From Adineta vaga (lineage: Eukaryota; Animalia; Rotifera): a stretch of 64,000 nucleotides of DNA. The notes below the pieces were generated by a model. It saw only the letters and a program-made list of their open reading frames with translations. It was not told the DNA's origin and did not search any database. Shown in pieces: positions 27,822-42,380 of this stretch (positions are counted from its first letter, which is position 1; every line of letters begins with the position of its first letter). The translations under genes and the position numbers were made by a program. Location of the stretch: NCBI GenBank assembly GCA_021613535.1, contig CP075497.1:4402001-4466000 (forward strand), read 5' to 3'.

Positions 27822-28562
27822 TTAGACGCTTCGAAATGATTTAAACATCATCCAACCACCATAGACCATGATTGTAATAGATATAACCATGCCTACCATA
27901 GGATCAAAATACCAAACATTAGGATTAGAATTATAGATCGTAATACTAAAAGCAACAGACAATGCCATTAAAGCTGAAATAAATGTATTGAATGCATCAG
28001 AATAAGCCGAAATAACATCTAATTTTTTCGCAACAGTATATTTGCCAAAAGCTAAACAAAAGAAGACGATTGTTTGAATAGCTACTGCAACAACGAGATA
28101 ATGATTTGGTATTGGATGTATTTTATGACGAATATCAACAGCTGAATCGATGAAAACGCCAAAACCAGATGCAAAGAAGAGTACGGCAAGAATTCTGAGT
28201 ACATAAATTTCTTTTTTTACTTGATCATGTGTACTGGTAAAACGCCATATTATAGTTATAAATGCCAGCACATCAAGAATTGTGTCAACAGCAAAACCGA
28301 GAGCTGATGCAGATTGTTCTTCCACAGCTAAGAAAAACGTAATCAATCCACAAACAGTACTGACAACAATTGAAATTATATTTAATGTTATAAGAGCATG
28401 TCGAGTCGTTGTTTCTTCTTCTACGGATAGTGATGATGCATTTGTTGGTACAAATAGATCAATTTTTTCATTTGCTTCAGGATCAGTAGAAAGATTCGAT
28501 TTTGTTACAGCGGTTAATTTGGATCCTGGTGTATCATCATCAAATCGTTCATAACGAGCCAT
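27822..28562 (-). CDS. TMEM163: Transmembrane protein 163-like (cation-efflux/zinc transporter fold)
   Basis: Six TM segments; SASALGFAVDTILDVL..IIWRF, SDAFNT and VWYFDPMVG. Confidence 0.85.
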   Translation of the reverse strand: MARYERFDDDTPGSKLTAVTKSNLSTDPEANEKIDLFVPTNASSLSVEEETTTRHALITLNIISIVVSTVCGLITFFLAVEEQSASALGFAVDTILDVLAFITIIWRFTSTHDQVKKEIYVLRILAVLFFASGFGVFIDSAVDIRHKIHPIPNHYLVVAVAIQTIVFFCLAFGKYTVAKKLDVISAYSDAFNTFISALMALSVAFSITIYNSNPNVWYFDPMVGMVISITIMVYGGWMMFKSFRSV

Positions 28563-30365
28563 GAAAAGAGAAAACTAGAAAGTAGACAATCTGAAAATAG
28601 AATCTAATCTGCAATATTCTTGTTTTTCTTCTTTACAAAACGTTGTTTTTTGTTATTGATCGATATTTCTAAATGGATCACATCATTAAAAACTTTATGT
28701 GAAACTCAATAAATGTTTTATGTTGCATTCACAGTTTTCTTGTCCTTCTTCTTCTTCGTCTACTTCTCTTTCTTTCTTTCTCTCTCTCTCTCTTTTCTTC
28801 AACAACCACACTCTTTTCCATCATCAACAGTAGCGAGTGTCGTTTCCAGTTTTTTGCTTTATACTATTAATCATCTCTGACTTTTCATATACCTCAATCT
28901 ATTACGTTCATATAATATTCTCCGGTTTTTTTCTTTCTCTTCTGTTACTTCGTCAAGCTATCAAATTTAGTGAGAACGAGAACTCAGGTGAATTACTTAC
29001 TGATGTTGTTGCCGGAACTAATATTACAATGAAAATTTATACCCATTGGGTTTTAGGAGATGAAAGAACACGCATATAGAATGCATATGACTATAAGTCG
29101 TTAACGGGATTCAAGAGAAAGAAAGAGAGAGAAAAAAATAACATCAAATATGAAAATATATTCTCAGCTATTTTAATATGATAGTCATGTTCTATATATT
29201 CATCAAAAACATCTCGAACTCCGACCTATATAGAACACCTTCAACGGAATGATGATGTATCTACATATTATATTCGTAGATCTCACACAACAACATTTGC
29301 TGTTCTTTTTCTCTCCTTCTCTCTCAGTATTTCCCCTATTTGCCTTGTCACTAACACGTCGGATGTCTGCTAGTAGTTATAATATCTGCAACAATTTCCT
29401 CATTTCTTTCACTCTCTTTTGTCTAGTTTTCAATACAATTCTTCTTCTTCTTTTTCTTCTTCTTCTTCTCCTCTTTTCCTCTCTTCCTCTTTTAGCATCT
29501 TATTCTCGAAGACAACAGCTACACCAATTAATTATGAATTTATATAAATGTTCTCTTCTTACACTATGCATTCAACGTAGATCTACATCTCGTAGTCTTA
29601 AGATTTCCAGTACGTTGTTGTTCTTCATACGAGCGACATGTAGTGACATATTATAGAAGATTTTTTTTAATCACCCCTGAAAAGAAAAGAAAATAAATGA
29701 GATGATGGAAGGAAAATGTAGTACGCAATACAATGCTGAGACGAAAGAAAAAGAACACTGTAGCTAATTCATTTTTCTGGTAATCACCAGATGGAAAAGG
29801 AAAAGAGAAAGAACCTCCTTTCTATTCACACGCAAACTCAATTTTACAACTTGGCAACTGCTTTGAGCTCTAGCGATCAACCGTACCATTCATTTACTCT
29901 ATCATAAAAAAAGACACACTCAATAATCAACAAAACAGCAGGAGACAAGCTTATACGAAGAGCATATTGTCAAGAATATAATGCATGTGTCTTCAGATGA
30001 AAAAAAGGATTTTCGACATCAAGAGAAAGAAAGTGTCAACATTAATCAATTTCAACAAACAACTGATGCTTTTATTAGATAAAAAAATAATATTGACATG
30101 AAGAATAGAGAGTTTCTTCTCTTCTAAATTTGCTCATCAAATTCATTTTTCAAAAATAAAATTCATCTCTTTGGTTGCTATGTGCATCGATCTATTTGTG
30201 AAAAACAATCGATGAACAATAAGATAATCGTTTCAGACGCGCGAATTAATCCACCTGTCTAACAGTTCAACAGTGCAATCATAGCAACGATTCATCATTT
30301 ATGAACATCTTTGTTTTCAAATACAAACATCAACAACAAATCACATGAGAAGAAAAACATCGTCA

Positions 30366-32648
30366 ATGAATGTTACAGATAACATTCAATCGATAACAAA
30401 AAAACTTGATGTAACGAAATCAACAGAATTTGAATTAAAATATCACTATGAGTACATTTGCAGTTCTTTTTAAATATCATTGACATATTTGATATGTTCT
30501 AGAAATGCCAATACTCATCATTCAGTTGAAAATGTGACAACTAATCTCAATCGAGGTTAGTTTGATGAGAATTAAGATTAAAAAGTGATAGATTTTTTCT
30601 TCTTCTCAGAGAATGATGTCGATGATTTTGCTGATCGAATCTTTAATTATCTTGATGAAACGTATACGAAATCATCTCATCATGTCGTTGAAAATAATCA
30701 AATCAATTCTTCTTCTTCATCGATTCTACTCGTACCATCTTCTAATCAAGAGATGACAAAATCATTTGTTTGTGCATTTTGTCCGTATTCAACTGAGAAT
30801 ATTCACGAATTTCAAACACATGTTGCTAAACATACAGAAAAGAACTTTCGTTGTCTATTATGTAATTGCATGTGATTATTCGAATTCATTTATCGTTTCA
30901 TTTTTTGACTGATCTTCATTTGTTGAAGGTACAAATATCGACGTGATTGTGTCACACATATGAAACGTAAACATCCCAATGCTGTTACTGGTATATTGAA
31001 AACTTCTTCAATCGAATGATGATCATTGCCTTTTTCTCAGGATCAATCTCACAATATATAGAAAAAATAACTGGTTCAACAACAAATAATACAACTATTC
31101 GTCCATCATCAACATCTGTAATGAATACACCAACAATGGTTGAACCAAAACGATATGGATGTCCATATTGTTCATTGATGACGAAATCAACTTCATCAAT
31201 TTATAAGCATCAATCACGTAAACATGCTTTATTTCCAAAAATAGTACATAAATATTCAACAGATGATCCAAATACACGAAATATTGTTGCCATCCTTGAA
31301 CAAAAAACAATGAAAAGTAAATATTTTCAGTCTCTTCTACTTGATCAATCGTTTGCTTTATTTATAAATAGAATTAACTAATCTGAAATCTGAAAGTAAA
31401 ACACAAATGGCTGACGACTTATTAAATTCGAATGATAAAGTAGATCTTTCTTCGCCTTCCTCCTCCTCTTCATCAACTCTACAACAACATGCACAATCAT
31501 TTTCGATCGTCAATCATCAACGATGTCTTGCTTCAAAGCATATTGTAAGAAAAACAAAACTTCGTTCACAAAGAGAATTTTTATGATTTAATATTATTAT
31601 AGACTGCTCATAATATTCGTTCATCGAACGGGCACTTATCGAAACTGTTTCAATGTTGTTTATGTAATTATCGAGCACAACATCGAAGTAATGTGATTCG
31701 ACATGTAAAAAAAATCCATCTTCTTGATCAGGATGAATTGTATTCATCGAATAACTCAATTAAAATTGAAGAAAATGCACAAATAATCGAAAATTCTGAT
31801 CAATCTGAAGAGCATTCAGATAGATTAGTGATTGACTGTGAAGAAGATGGAGATGGCTCACATTCAGAAGAAATGCCGAGTTATTCATTGAAAACAATCG
31901 TTCGAAGTCCACTCGTCGTTCATCAAACTAAAGAAGAGAATCATCCAATGAAGTCACTTGCTGATATTCACCTTTCAATCAATATCTATCTTCCAAAGAA
32001 AAAGAAGAAAACTACTTTGGTCAGCCATATCAAATAGATATTCTTGTCTTATAGAATCGTACTTTGTGAAAATTATAGGTTGATCGAATGCTCAGTGATA
32101 ATGAAGATTTTGATGAAGACATTTATAATGGTGATCATAGAGCAAAAATCCAAGTCACATCTTCTTCTCTATCAAATATTACTGATGGATCACTGTACAA
32201 ACCACATAAATGTTGTCGATGCTTTTATCGTTCTAATTGGAAGACTGATATGCTTCATCATATTCGTCTCAAACATCACATTGATCATGTCACTAAATCT
32301 GATTACATTTCCATGGATTCAGAATCTGCTCTACGAACATTTTCTAGTTATGAAAACACGTTCGGAAAAGTTCTCAAAAGTAGTATATGTTCATTGAAAA
32401 AGCTTCTCAAATGATAATAATCTTTGTCCTTATTGATTGTAGATCGACTATTGCTACCGAAAATCGATTACATTGATTGTAGTTGGGAAGAATTAAAATC
32501 AAAATTATTTATTAATATCAATGAAAACAAGCAAATTAATCACGATTGTCTTTCATCACGATCATCATCCTTTGTTCATAAGACTTTGTCATCATTGAAC
32601 AATAATGAAAGAAATCTCTTTGTAGACAATCATCAAACCATATTCTAA
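30366..32648 (+). CDS. Multi-C2H2 zinc finger protein, multi-exon
   Basis: Fingers CAFC..HVAKH, CLLC..HMKRKH, CPYC..HQSRKH, CCLC..HVKKIH and CCRC..HIRLKH joined across short introns. Confidence 0.85.
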
Positions 32649-33329
32649 AAACTTAGAACAATTCAGTCAACATTGATCGATATAACAAAAGAATAGTTCT
32701 ATGTTGTATGACGAGTTTTTTGTTCTTTGTTTTACCAATTTCTTGGTAATTAGAAAGCAATTCATAGTGATGTAAAAGAACGTCTTGTTTGCTCATTTGT
32801 TTTTATCGAAATACCAATTCACGTTTTGCCTATATCTTTTCTGTTCTATACAATTAGCACATATTCCGCCAGAGTCAATCATCATCTGTAGTAGACATAA
32901 AAGTAGAAGAAGAAAGAAAAGAATAGGTGGAAGAAGCTCAGTCAGACATCTGTCAGTTAAATTACTTTGTTATACATTTGCTCATGTCAGTTAGAATGAA
33001 ACAAACTAAGTAGATTGAACTCATTTTCTCTCAAGTATTTATATTTCATTTGAAAAATGACAAAAGACTAGCTTGATTATCCAAAATTAGAAAAGAAGTC
33101 ATTCACATAAAGAAATTGATCTTGTTAATACTGAGTTCAAATGATGATGACAATGATGAAAACTGTCAAGGAAACTTATGAGAGAAATAAGTTTTCTTTA
33201 AGAATAATAATAATAGTGATGATGAAAACAACAATAACAACAGTTGGATTCTTTTGATGGACATCACAGCAGAATCCATCTTGAACAAAGGTCATTGGAT
33301 AATTACGTGAAATAATATACTTTTGTCCA

Positions 33330-33356
33330 ACACACACACACACACACACACGCACA
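33330..33356. repeat. (CA)n microsatellite
   Basis: Read directly; a similar (GT)n lies at about 39856-39890 and (TA)n tracts at about 5102, 9340, 34665 and 53203. Confidence 0.9.
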
Positions 33357-34258
33357 TATGCATATGGGTAATTGAATGATGAGTGTTCTTGAGTATTCTC
33401 TCAACGATTTTCTAATACGATGTAACTTTCATAATCTGATAATAAATGACTTATGTTAAAACAACAATAGAAAGATTTTTTGTTGATCTGTTCTATCTAT
33501 ATATTTGGATGATCAATATGATGATATATCGGACAAAGTGGGTGATGAGATATGTATATGTTAATATAGTATTGCCTTTCAAATGTTCATTGTTGTATAT
33601 TAGTTGTAATAGTAGTAGAAAGAAGGAAACAATTTAAATTGATATCTTCCTCTACTTGAAGTCTAATTTATCAAGTAGGATTTTCTGTTTGAAGTTCTCT
33701 CTTCCACTTCTTTTTGCTCACTCATCTCATCTCATCTCATCTCATCTTGTCAACATCAAAAGAGAAGAGAACTTGCACACTTTTTTCTCTTCCCCTTTTC
33801 TTTCTCTCCTTTTCTCTCTCTCTCTCTCTGCTTCAACAATACTAGACTTGCTCTCGTTTTCTTCCTCTCGTTCTTGTTGCGATTTCTTTGTACACATATA
33901 TATAACTTTATATACATTTTCTATATCGATGCGTCGTCACCAAAGTCGAACGTATCTACAGAACTTACCTATACAAGATAGTAGACACATACACAATACT
34001 ATAGTTTAAAAGTTCTCTTTGTCTCTTTCTTCAGCACCGCATAGAACATTTCTAAAGCTCCCGACGTATAATTTTTGTTCTTTTTTATAGGCAACGGAAG
34101 CATAATACTTATGTTATATTATTGTTGTTGTGACGCTGATTAACGTACCATATATCTAACGAACAGTTGCGGTCTATTACTGTGTTCAATTGACCAACGA
34201 TCATACGTTCCTACGCTTATTTAAACATCAATAGATTAATCTTCTTATATTCGTAGAC

Positions 34259-37200
34259 ATGCCAATTGATAAGAGAAAAATAACCAATATTACTAATCAT
34301 CCGACATGGTTATCAACAATGAATTTATCAATGAATGCATTTTATTTAATTTTAATATTTATTTCATTGGGTTGGAATGTTTATAATACTCATCAATATC
34401 AAATTTTAGCTGAACGTCAACTAAAGTTAGAAAATATTCTTACTGAAATATTACCGCCATCATCATTACACTTATTTAATCAAATGCAAACAACCTCATC
34501 ATATGAACTATGGGTGACAAAGGTTCTTGGTTTTCTCAAACAATTAACATCAAACGATGTTCCCAATAATAATAGTAGTCCTATTACTGCTCAACCAAAT
34601 ACAGTGAGTACCATGTTTTTGGAAATGCTTTTTGAGAACCTTGACACTTGCATATGTATATGCATATATATATATATATATATATATATCTCGATGTGTG
34701 GTTCTTGTCAAGGTCATACCCGTTTATTTCAAACATGCATAACAAATTAAAGGAGACGATAAAAGCTCACTAAGTGCTTCTGCCTGTCGAACTTCAAAGG
34801 TTAATCGATAAAAAGCTTCTGCTCTAACTTTGATACATTTTGTTAAGAACCACTACTAGCTACATCTTTTTCTTTTGAGATTTATCAATTCGAAATAGAA
34901 ATCTTTTAAAACAAAACAATTTAATCAGATGCAAAATGAATTGAAAATTGATACTCGATTCTTATTGTTTCATTTAATTTATGTTCATCTTTGCCTTTCA
35001 TTTCTTTGAGTTTAAAGTAAATATCGTCTTAGTAAGCTGTCATCATCAACTAAGTGATTGAGTCTTTCTTAGCTTGTCAAACATTTTGTTTAAAATAAAT
35101 GAACAAATGTCATTTACTTTTTTCTTGCTTTCATTTATCATCAATATCAAATTGACATGATCATCAAGGTTTTTTTTGTCATCTTTTCAATAAACATCTC
35201 TACACACAGAGATTCTTACATTCTCATTACTGAAAGTAAAGTAGACATTGGACTCATAAAATGACGATGAAAAGAATGTATATATATACATGTATGCATC
35301 ATTTTAAGTCGTTGAGTGGTTGAACATATACATACTCAAAAGTTTTTAGTAGGTAATGATGATGATGATGATGATGTCTACTTTTTTAAAATGAACGCGT
35401 GTTCATGCACTTTACATAAAACAGAATACATAAAGACGAGCAAGGAATTATCGTTATGACATTCTTTCGTTCTTCAATCAATAATTGATGTTTACAAGAC
35501 ATCGACATTTGTGAACAAAAAATGAACTAAGACACATCTCGTTATAAAAGAACTAGTAAAAGCGTTCTTCGTTAAGTAATGTTTTATTAGCAATCAATAT
35601 GAATAACAAAAAATGAAGTGTAACTATGATTAGTTATGTTCTAACTTGACTATTGTCGATGTTAAATCATTTTTAAAGTATTGTGTCTATAAAAAGAATA
35701 AAGTTTCTTTCTGTTAGTGTTGAATATAAGATGTCTTTGAATATAACCTTGATTAAAATCTGATCATGATAATTATGCATGAGAAATTTCTGAAATAGTT
35801 ATATGACGATTGAGGTTTTTTTAATTTTCCGAGACTCACGTAACTAATTATAAGGTTGTAACTTTAGATTCAGACCTTTTGCTATTTCTCCTCTCACCTT
35901 ACAGACATTTGTCCTCGGAAAAACTTCTATTACCTCCTATAATTTATTCGAAAAAAGTCAATTATAAAATATTTTTCTAATAAAAATAGATGTACTAACA
36001 AAAAGGAGAACACGCTAAATGCTCTCTCTCTGAATATCTTTACATAAAATAAATAAATGTAAAATATACGTAATAATGTATTTTTTTAACATTTATGTAT
36101 GCATTTATTACAGTACAAAGGAATAAATGAAAAGTAAAATATATAACATCGTCGACCGATGAACAACAATTGTATGATTTGTTCAAGTGTAAAACAAAAA
36201 GAACTTTGAATTGCATATGACAAGTTTGATTATGTTAAACCTTCACCTTCACCTTCTTTTTCTTTTCTTTTTTTTTATAAAAGAGGATTCATGTATTTTA
36301 GAAAAGATCAAAGATATAAAATAAGAGAATGGTAATGTTGTAGAAGATATTAAAAACGAAGATTTCTTTGGTTCATTCATAGTTTTCATTCACACATATG
36401 TTTGAATGACGTGTCAATTGTATTGAAGACTATAAGTGGAAGTAATAGACTGAAAATTAGCAATACTAATTACCATATATTAGAATGAAGTAAGCTAGAC
36501 TTCTTGTTGAACAAAGTACTGTTAATTAGTAGATGTATCGACAAAAATATAAAATTTACAACATCTTTGTAGCAGAAGTTTTTCTTTGATACATAGCATA
36601 GTAATAAACTTCCGTCCGACGATTTTAAACTAACCTAAATTCAAACATAAGAACGATCGGAGATAAAACGACTAATAGCACTTTTGACCTTATCGAATCA
36701 TCAAAAAAAGTGGTCCGATTTAGAGGCTTCTTTCATCACACATATTCTTTTTTTTCTTTGTTCTCGAGAACATTAGATTCATCGTATGATGTAATCTACT
36801 TCATACAGTTAGTTTATCAGAAAGAACATGACAAAATAATAGTAATTACAAACAACATGATGATTAGGTAGCAATGACCTTTTTTCAATTCGTTGAACGA
36901 AATTGAGTCAATGATAATCTTATCTTTTGTTTATTCATTCGATAGAATATAAATGACAAAGATGTCTATTGAGATTTACTTTTTATCCTCAACTTAAAGT
37001 TTCAAATGACATATTGAATTAGATTCAATTTGAAACGTACAAGAAACGAATTATAAGTTTCATTTTTCTTTGTAATAGAATGTCATACGTCAACGACGAT
37101 ATGTTCAAGAAGCACAACAAAACAATTGTTTGTGTCCTGCAGGTAAAATTTTAGAAATTTTTCTTCACATATATATATATTTCGATTGATGAATATGTTA

Positions 37201-39619
37201 TAGGTCCGAAAGGCGAAAAAGTATGTTTTACATTTGGTTTTCTACATGTTAGTTATGTTATTATATCGACGTCATTATTTATATTATAGGGTGACCGAGG
37301 TTTTGCTGGATTTCCGGTAAGATACGATTAAACCATAGGTATATCAGAGTAAAAGATTTCATGTGATATGCTTAGGGTGAAATGGGACCAAAAGGTGAAC
37401 GAGGCTATCCAGGATCAATCGTTTGGAACGGTGTTAAAGTAAGTATTCGTTGATCTTCATATAATAATAGCAATCACTAAATGTATTTAATCATGGACAT
37501 CAAGAAGAAAATTTTCATTGATTTAGGGTGATAAAGGTGACCCAGGAAATGGAGATCATATGGGAATGGCCTTATTACCATCATCACAGCTAAAACATAT
37601 TCAAGGTCCACCGGGTCCACCAGGTCCAGCGGGACCTAAGGGTGATATAGGTCCAGCTGGGCATAATGGTATTGGTGAAACTGGACCACCCGGTCAAGAT
37701 GTATGTGTTCAAATTCGATTTCATATCTAAACTTTCATTTCTATTCTTTTTCTTCTTCTAGGGTTTACCAGGCGAGAAGGTATAAATAAAAATATATATA
37801 TATATATATCGATAAGTTTGTGAATGAAAGAAAAATTAATTATAACTTACAGTGAGGAAATAGTAGGATGAATTAAAAAGGGGAACCTTGTAACGCCTAA
37901 TTTGTAATTATTAATTTGACATATTTGTGTATTATATTGATATGCTTTATAAAGTTCTGTAAAGCTTTTCATTTGTTTCTCCTCAATGTTCCCCTCCGCT
38001 TTAGCCTAAACCATAGTCGTATCCTCAGTTATTTTTCGGTTGCATGTTTCCATTGCTATTCGTTCCTGCATTCATTGAACTTGATAAAAATATCTGTTTG
38101 TTATCATCTATTTCAAATAACAGGGTGAAAAAGGCAATCGAGGAGCTGTTCTTCGACCAAAAATGCGTCGATTTGTTATTATGAAAGGTGATACAGGACC
38201 ACCAGGTATTAAAGGTATAGTATTCTACAAGAATATTTTAATAACGTCTATTATTCAATATCTATTTGATACAGGAGAACGGGGTGATTCAATTGTTGGA
38301 CCAAAAGGTGATCGTGGTGCTCCTGGTTTACCTGGCAGGTACAATTGTTTTGAACATAGTCATTCTATTTGTTTATAAAAAAAAACTGATTGCATTGTTT
38401 CTAGTCCTGGACTCTCTGGACAGTGGCCGTGATGGTATCGATGGAGAAAAAGGTTTTGCAGGTCCTCAGGGACCACCAGGAAGAAAAGTAAGTTTACAAT
38501 TCTGAATAACACAAAAATGCATGATGTTTACTATGTATATATTTATTACTATTCTAGGGAGATCGTGGTATTAAAGGTGAAGCAGGATATATTCAGAAAG
38601 TTGATTTCAATTCTACACATATTGTTATGATGGGTCCACCAGGCCTTCCGGGACCAAAAGTAAAACATATCTTTACAAATAACATCGTCTGTTTTTACTG
38701 AGTGAATCATTTAGGGGCGAATTGGTCTTCCAGGTCACCCGGGTTTCAACGGAGAAAAAGGTGATCGAGGAGATCCAGGTCCTTTGGTAATTAATTATTT
38801 TTCAAAAGCGAGAATTAGAAAACGTTGTTATTTTCATTTAAACTTCTATTTTTAGGGAATGATAGGCTCAAAAGGAGATGTTGGTCCTCCTGGATTCAAA
38901 GTAATTTATTTCAAATAAAGTTCGTTTCTGTTTAGTGAAATTTTTCAATTGTGTCATAGGGTGACAAAGGCGATCAAGGCAAAGGAGAAAAAGGAGATCG
39001 AGGTCCAATGGGATTGCCTGGTTATTCACTAGTAAGAATAGTCAATCTCTAACATATATACATTGAATGCATTTTAGCATATGCCTGATTCATTGAAAAA
39101 GCGTTCAGTGGTACGTATGTTTATTGTTACTCTAGTCTGTTTATTGCATGTTGTGTATATGATATCGTCACTTTTTTGGTATCGTCTATCATTGTAATCA
39201 TATAAGATTATATTGGGCGTTGCTGGTCTCCTTTTTTTCTCGTAATACCATAGAAATCTAACAATATACATAGAGATTCGTTGATGATATTTATTTATTC
39301 ATTTTAATTTCAGGGTGGTCGAGGTGAACAAGGTGTACAAGTAAGAATAAGCTTGCAATTCTCAATTTTGATTATTCATTCTATATTATTCTCTTTAGGG
39401 TTCACCAGGAGAAAAAGGAGATAAAGTATGAGTATAGAAATATTTTATATACTAAAAAATAATATTTGATTTTAGGGAGAAGAAGGTCGAGAAGGTCCAC
39501 GAGGTTTTCGTGGTCGACCAGGTTTACCAGGACCTGCTGGAATGGATGCATTACCATGTCCACGTGAAGTATTGGCTAATTTTGACAATATGTGTAGTTC
39601 ATGTTGTAAAAAACCATAA
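34259..39619 (+). CDS. Transmembrane collagen of the MACIT family (collagen XIII/XXIII/XXV, col-99-like), many small exons; apparent frameshift near 38424
   Basis: N-terminal type II TM helix and coiled coil, RQRR furin site followed by CLCPAGP, interrupted Gly-X-Y exons, C-terminus GMDALPCP...CSSCCKKP*. Confidence 0.85.
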
Positions 39620-39982
39620 AGAAGTTGAATGTAAGATTCCTTTTAACCAAAATTTCAAGAATTTATTCATTTTTATTCTTTCAGTATGACAAACTTGGTA
39701 AATTATCAACGATCTCTCACTTTTATTCTCCGGTGCCATACTTTTCAACAGTTAAAAAGTAGTAGTGGAAAACGAATCAATTAACATAACTTAACAGCAT
39801 TGACAAACATTTTCTTGTTTTCAATTGATATTGTCTTATTGTTTTACGTAATGCATGTGTGTGTGTGTGTGTTTGTGTGTGTGTGCGTGTTTTTGTATGA
39901 TTGTTGTATATAGAATTACTCGACAGTAAAAATTCGTTCGGATATATATTAACAATAAAAAATACAAACAAACAACTTTGAT

Positions 39983-40471
39983 TCAATAATTTTTATTGTC
40001 TTTATAATAATGAATTAGAAGATATAGTGTAATTAAGAAATATTCTTGAGTAAAAGTAAATATGGAAGAAGTTTGATTACATAAATGAGTATTATTACAG
40101 CAAAAACGTTTTTCTTTGATATTCATATTTGTTTTGACATATTCAGATTTACATTGTAAATTATGTGTTGATAACGATGACAGTTCAGTAAAACGAAGAC
40201 AATCTTTAATAATATCAATACGATAATCAATTATTTTAATATATTTTATACAACCAATAGCTTCTCTTGATGAACAAAATATATGATAGGGTTGTGAACA
40301 ATCAATACGTAAAACATGAGAATATGCAGGATTGAATCGACCACAATAAACACAAAAGAATCCAAATGAATTATTGAATGATATGGGTATCGTTGATTCC
40401 AGTGTATCGATAACAGCAAATAAAATATGACATTTTATAAGAAAATTGCTCATAGGAAGAAAATCTTTCAA
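39983..40471 (-). CDS. Ly6/uPAR three-finger-like, probably GPI-anchored protein
   Basis: Hydrophobic N-terminus, CVYC start, spaced Cys residues, CCNNTHLCN end motif and a hydrophobic C-terminal tail. Confidence 0.65.
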   Translation of the reverse strand: MKDFLPMSNFLIKCHILFAVIDTLESTIPISFNNSFGFFCVYCGRFNPAYSHVLRIDCSQPYHIFCSSREAIGCIKYIKIIDYRIDIIKDCLRFTELSSLSTHNLQCKSEYVKTNMNIKEKRFCCNNTHLCNQTSSIFTFTQEYFLITLYLLIHYYKDNKNY

Positions 40472-40777
40472 TGATTATAATCATTGAAAATGAAAGAATA
40501 ATCTAATTTGACTATTTACATAGTAACAAGAAAGTGAACTATGAATGCAAATTATCAATAGTTTAGATTTTGATAAAGTTAAAGATCATGAATATCTTGG
40601 AGAGCAATTGCGCATTTTGCAAAAAACAATTTTGATTCAGTTAGTAGATAATATCCTTTTCGCACTTTTAAAGTTAGAAGATCATTCAAATAGAATGTAG
40701 AAAACAAAAAAAAACTTCTTGAACAAAAAGGTGATGTCTAACAAATGTATGAAAAATAAATAATAGGAAAGAAAATG

Positions 40778-41955
40778 TTAGAAGACGATTTTAGTAGTTG
40801 GACGTTGTCGTTGGAGTGCATCGAGAATATTTGGATCTTTATTATTTGAATTTTGTCGTTTTGTTTTAGAATCTTCAACTTCGATTTCAAATCGGCTGCT
40901 TTCAAAACCATTACTTGCTCCATTTTCGGATTGGTATTCGCCCTCTTGATTATTTTCACCTTCGTCAAATGCACCTTCTTCTGCACGTTGTTCATTTGTT
41001 TTCATTTCTAATTTCTCTCCATGCCATGTTGTATCGGCAATAGCACCACGTTTTTCTAATTCATTAATAACAGCAGTAGCATTCATTTCTCGAGCCCATG
41101 CTAATGGAGTATTGCCATTTGAATCCTAAAATGTAAATTCAACTTTAATCTTTCTGAATGTTAACATTCGGTTTTATACTTTAATATTGACATCAGCACC
41201 TTTGGCGAGAAGTAATGTTACCATCTCCAAATTGTTATGTCCAGATGCTAAATGAAGTGGACTCCAGCCGGCATTATCTAGTGTATTCAATGGTATTTGA
41301 CCTTTATCAATTAACATTTTAGCGACATCAATGAGACCATCATCAACAGCATAATGTAATAAATAAAAGGCACTTTGATCTTCACTGTTTGAAAGCATAT
41401 CTGGCGTTGGTGTAACGCGAGCACCGTGATCCATAAGAATTGTTATAAGTTCTAAATGAATACATATACTTTAATGGAGAAGAATTTCTTTAATTATTAT
41501 TGTTACCTAAATCATCAAAATTCATAGCATCAGCTATGAGACTCATACCACCAACGAAATCGCAATCAATTTGAGCACCACGTGCTAATAACATATTCAC
41601 GTTTTGTTTACTACCTCGATTAACAGCGCTCATTAATGGTGTCCAACCAAGGCCATCCCGAACCTCTAAATCATCAGCATAATCCAATAATGGTGCTAAT
41701 AATTCTGGATTATCTATATCGAAGAATAGACAACATTTTTATCGAATTGAAAAAAAGCATTTCAAAAGTAAATATACCTTGCCATACAGCATAATGAAGA
41801 ACTGTACATTCATTTTCATCTGAAGGTACATACGTCTTACATAGAGTTCGAATTTGTTCTGATGTCATATCTTTTAGAATTGTTCTTAATTCACTTGCAT
41901 CTTGATTTTCAAGAGCTGTTGCTACGGCTTGTTCCTTACTTGCAGTTGCACCCAT
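40778..41955 (-). CDS. Ankyrin-repeat protein with predicted N-myristoylation, 4 exons
   Basis: MGATASK start; GWTPLMSAV, GWSPLHLA and GNTPLAWA ankyrin motifs. Confidence 0.88.
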
Positions 41956-42380
41956 TTTTTTTTACTTGAATATAACTATCTTGTGTTTCGTTATTTATAT
42001 TTAATTACTTCCCTCGTCCTTTTTCTCTCACGTATTTATGATATTTGTCTTGAGTAAGTCGACAACGAACAAAAAGAAAACGAAAAAGAAACTATGAAGT
42101 ACAGTACATGTTTCTCCTTAGAACGACGAGGAAAAAAACGAGAGAGAGAAGAATGATAAATATGATCTATGTACCACGCATATATTAGTCGCTTGTCCGT
42201 TTCGTACGCTCATTACTTTCATATTTAAACATGTGAATCATTCAAGCATATCACAGCTTTCCACTGTCTCTCTTTCTCCTTCTCTCCTTCATTTATTTTT
42301 TGCTATCAAAATAAATCAGCGACGACATTGAGATTGTCATACATTTATATCACACAGAGTTATTCAAAGAAATTTTTCTT

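Noticed and set aside
28837-29656. Leu/Phe-rich ORFs between TMEM163 and the zinc finger gene
   Set aside because: CT-rich low-complexity UTR or promoter sequence.
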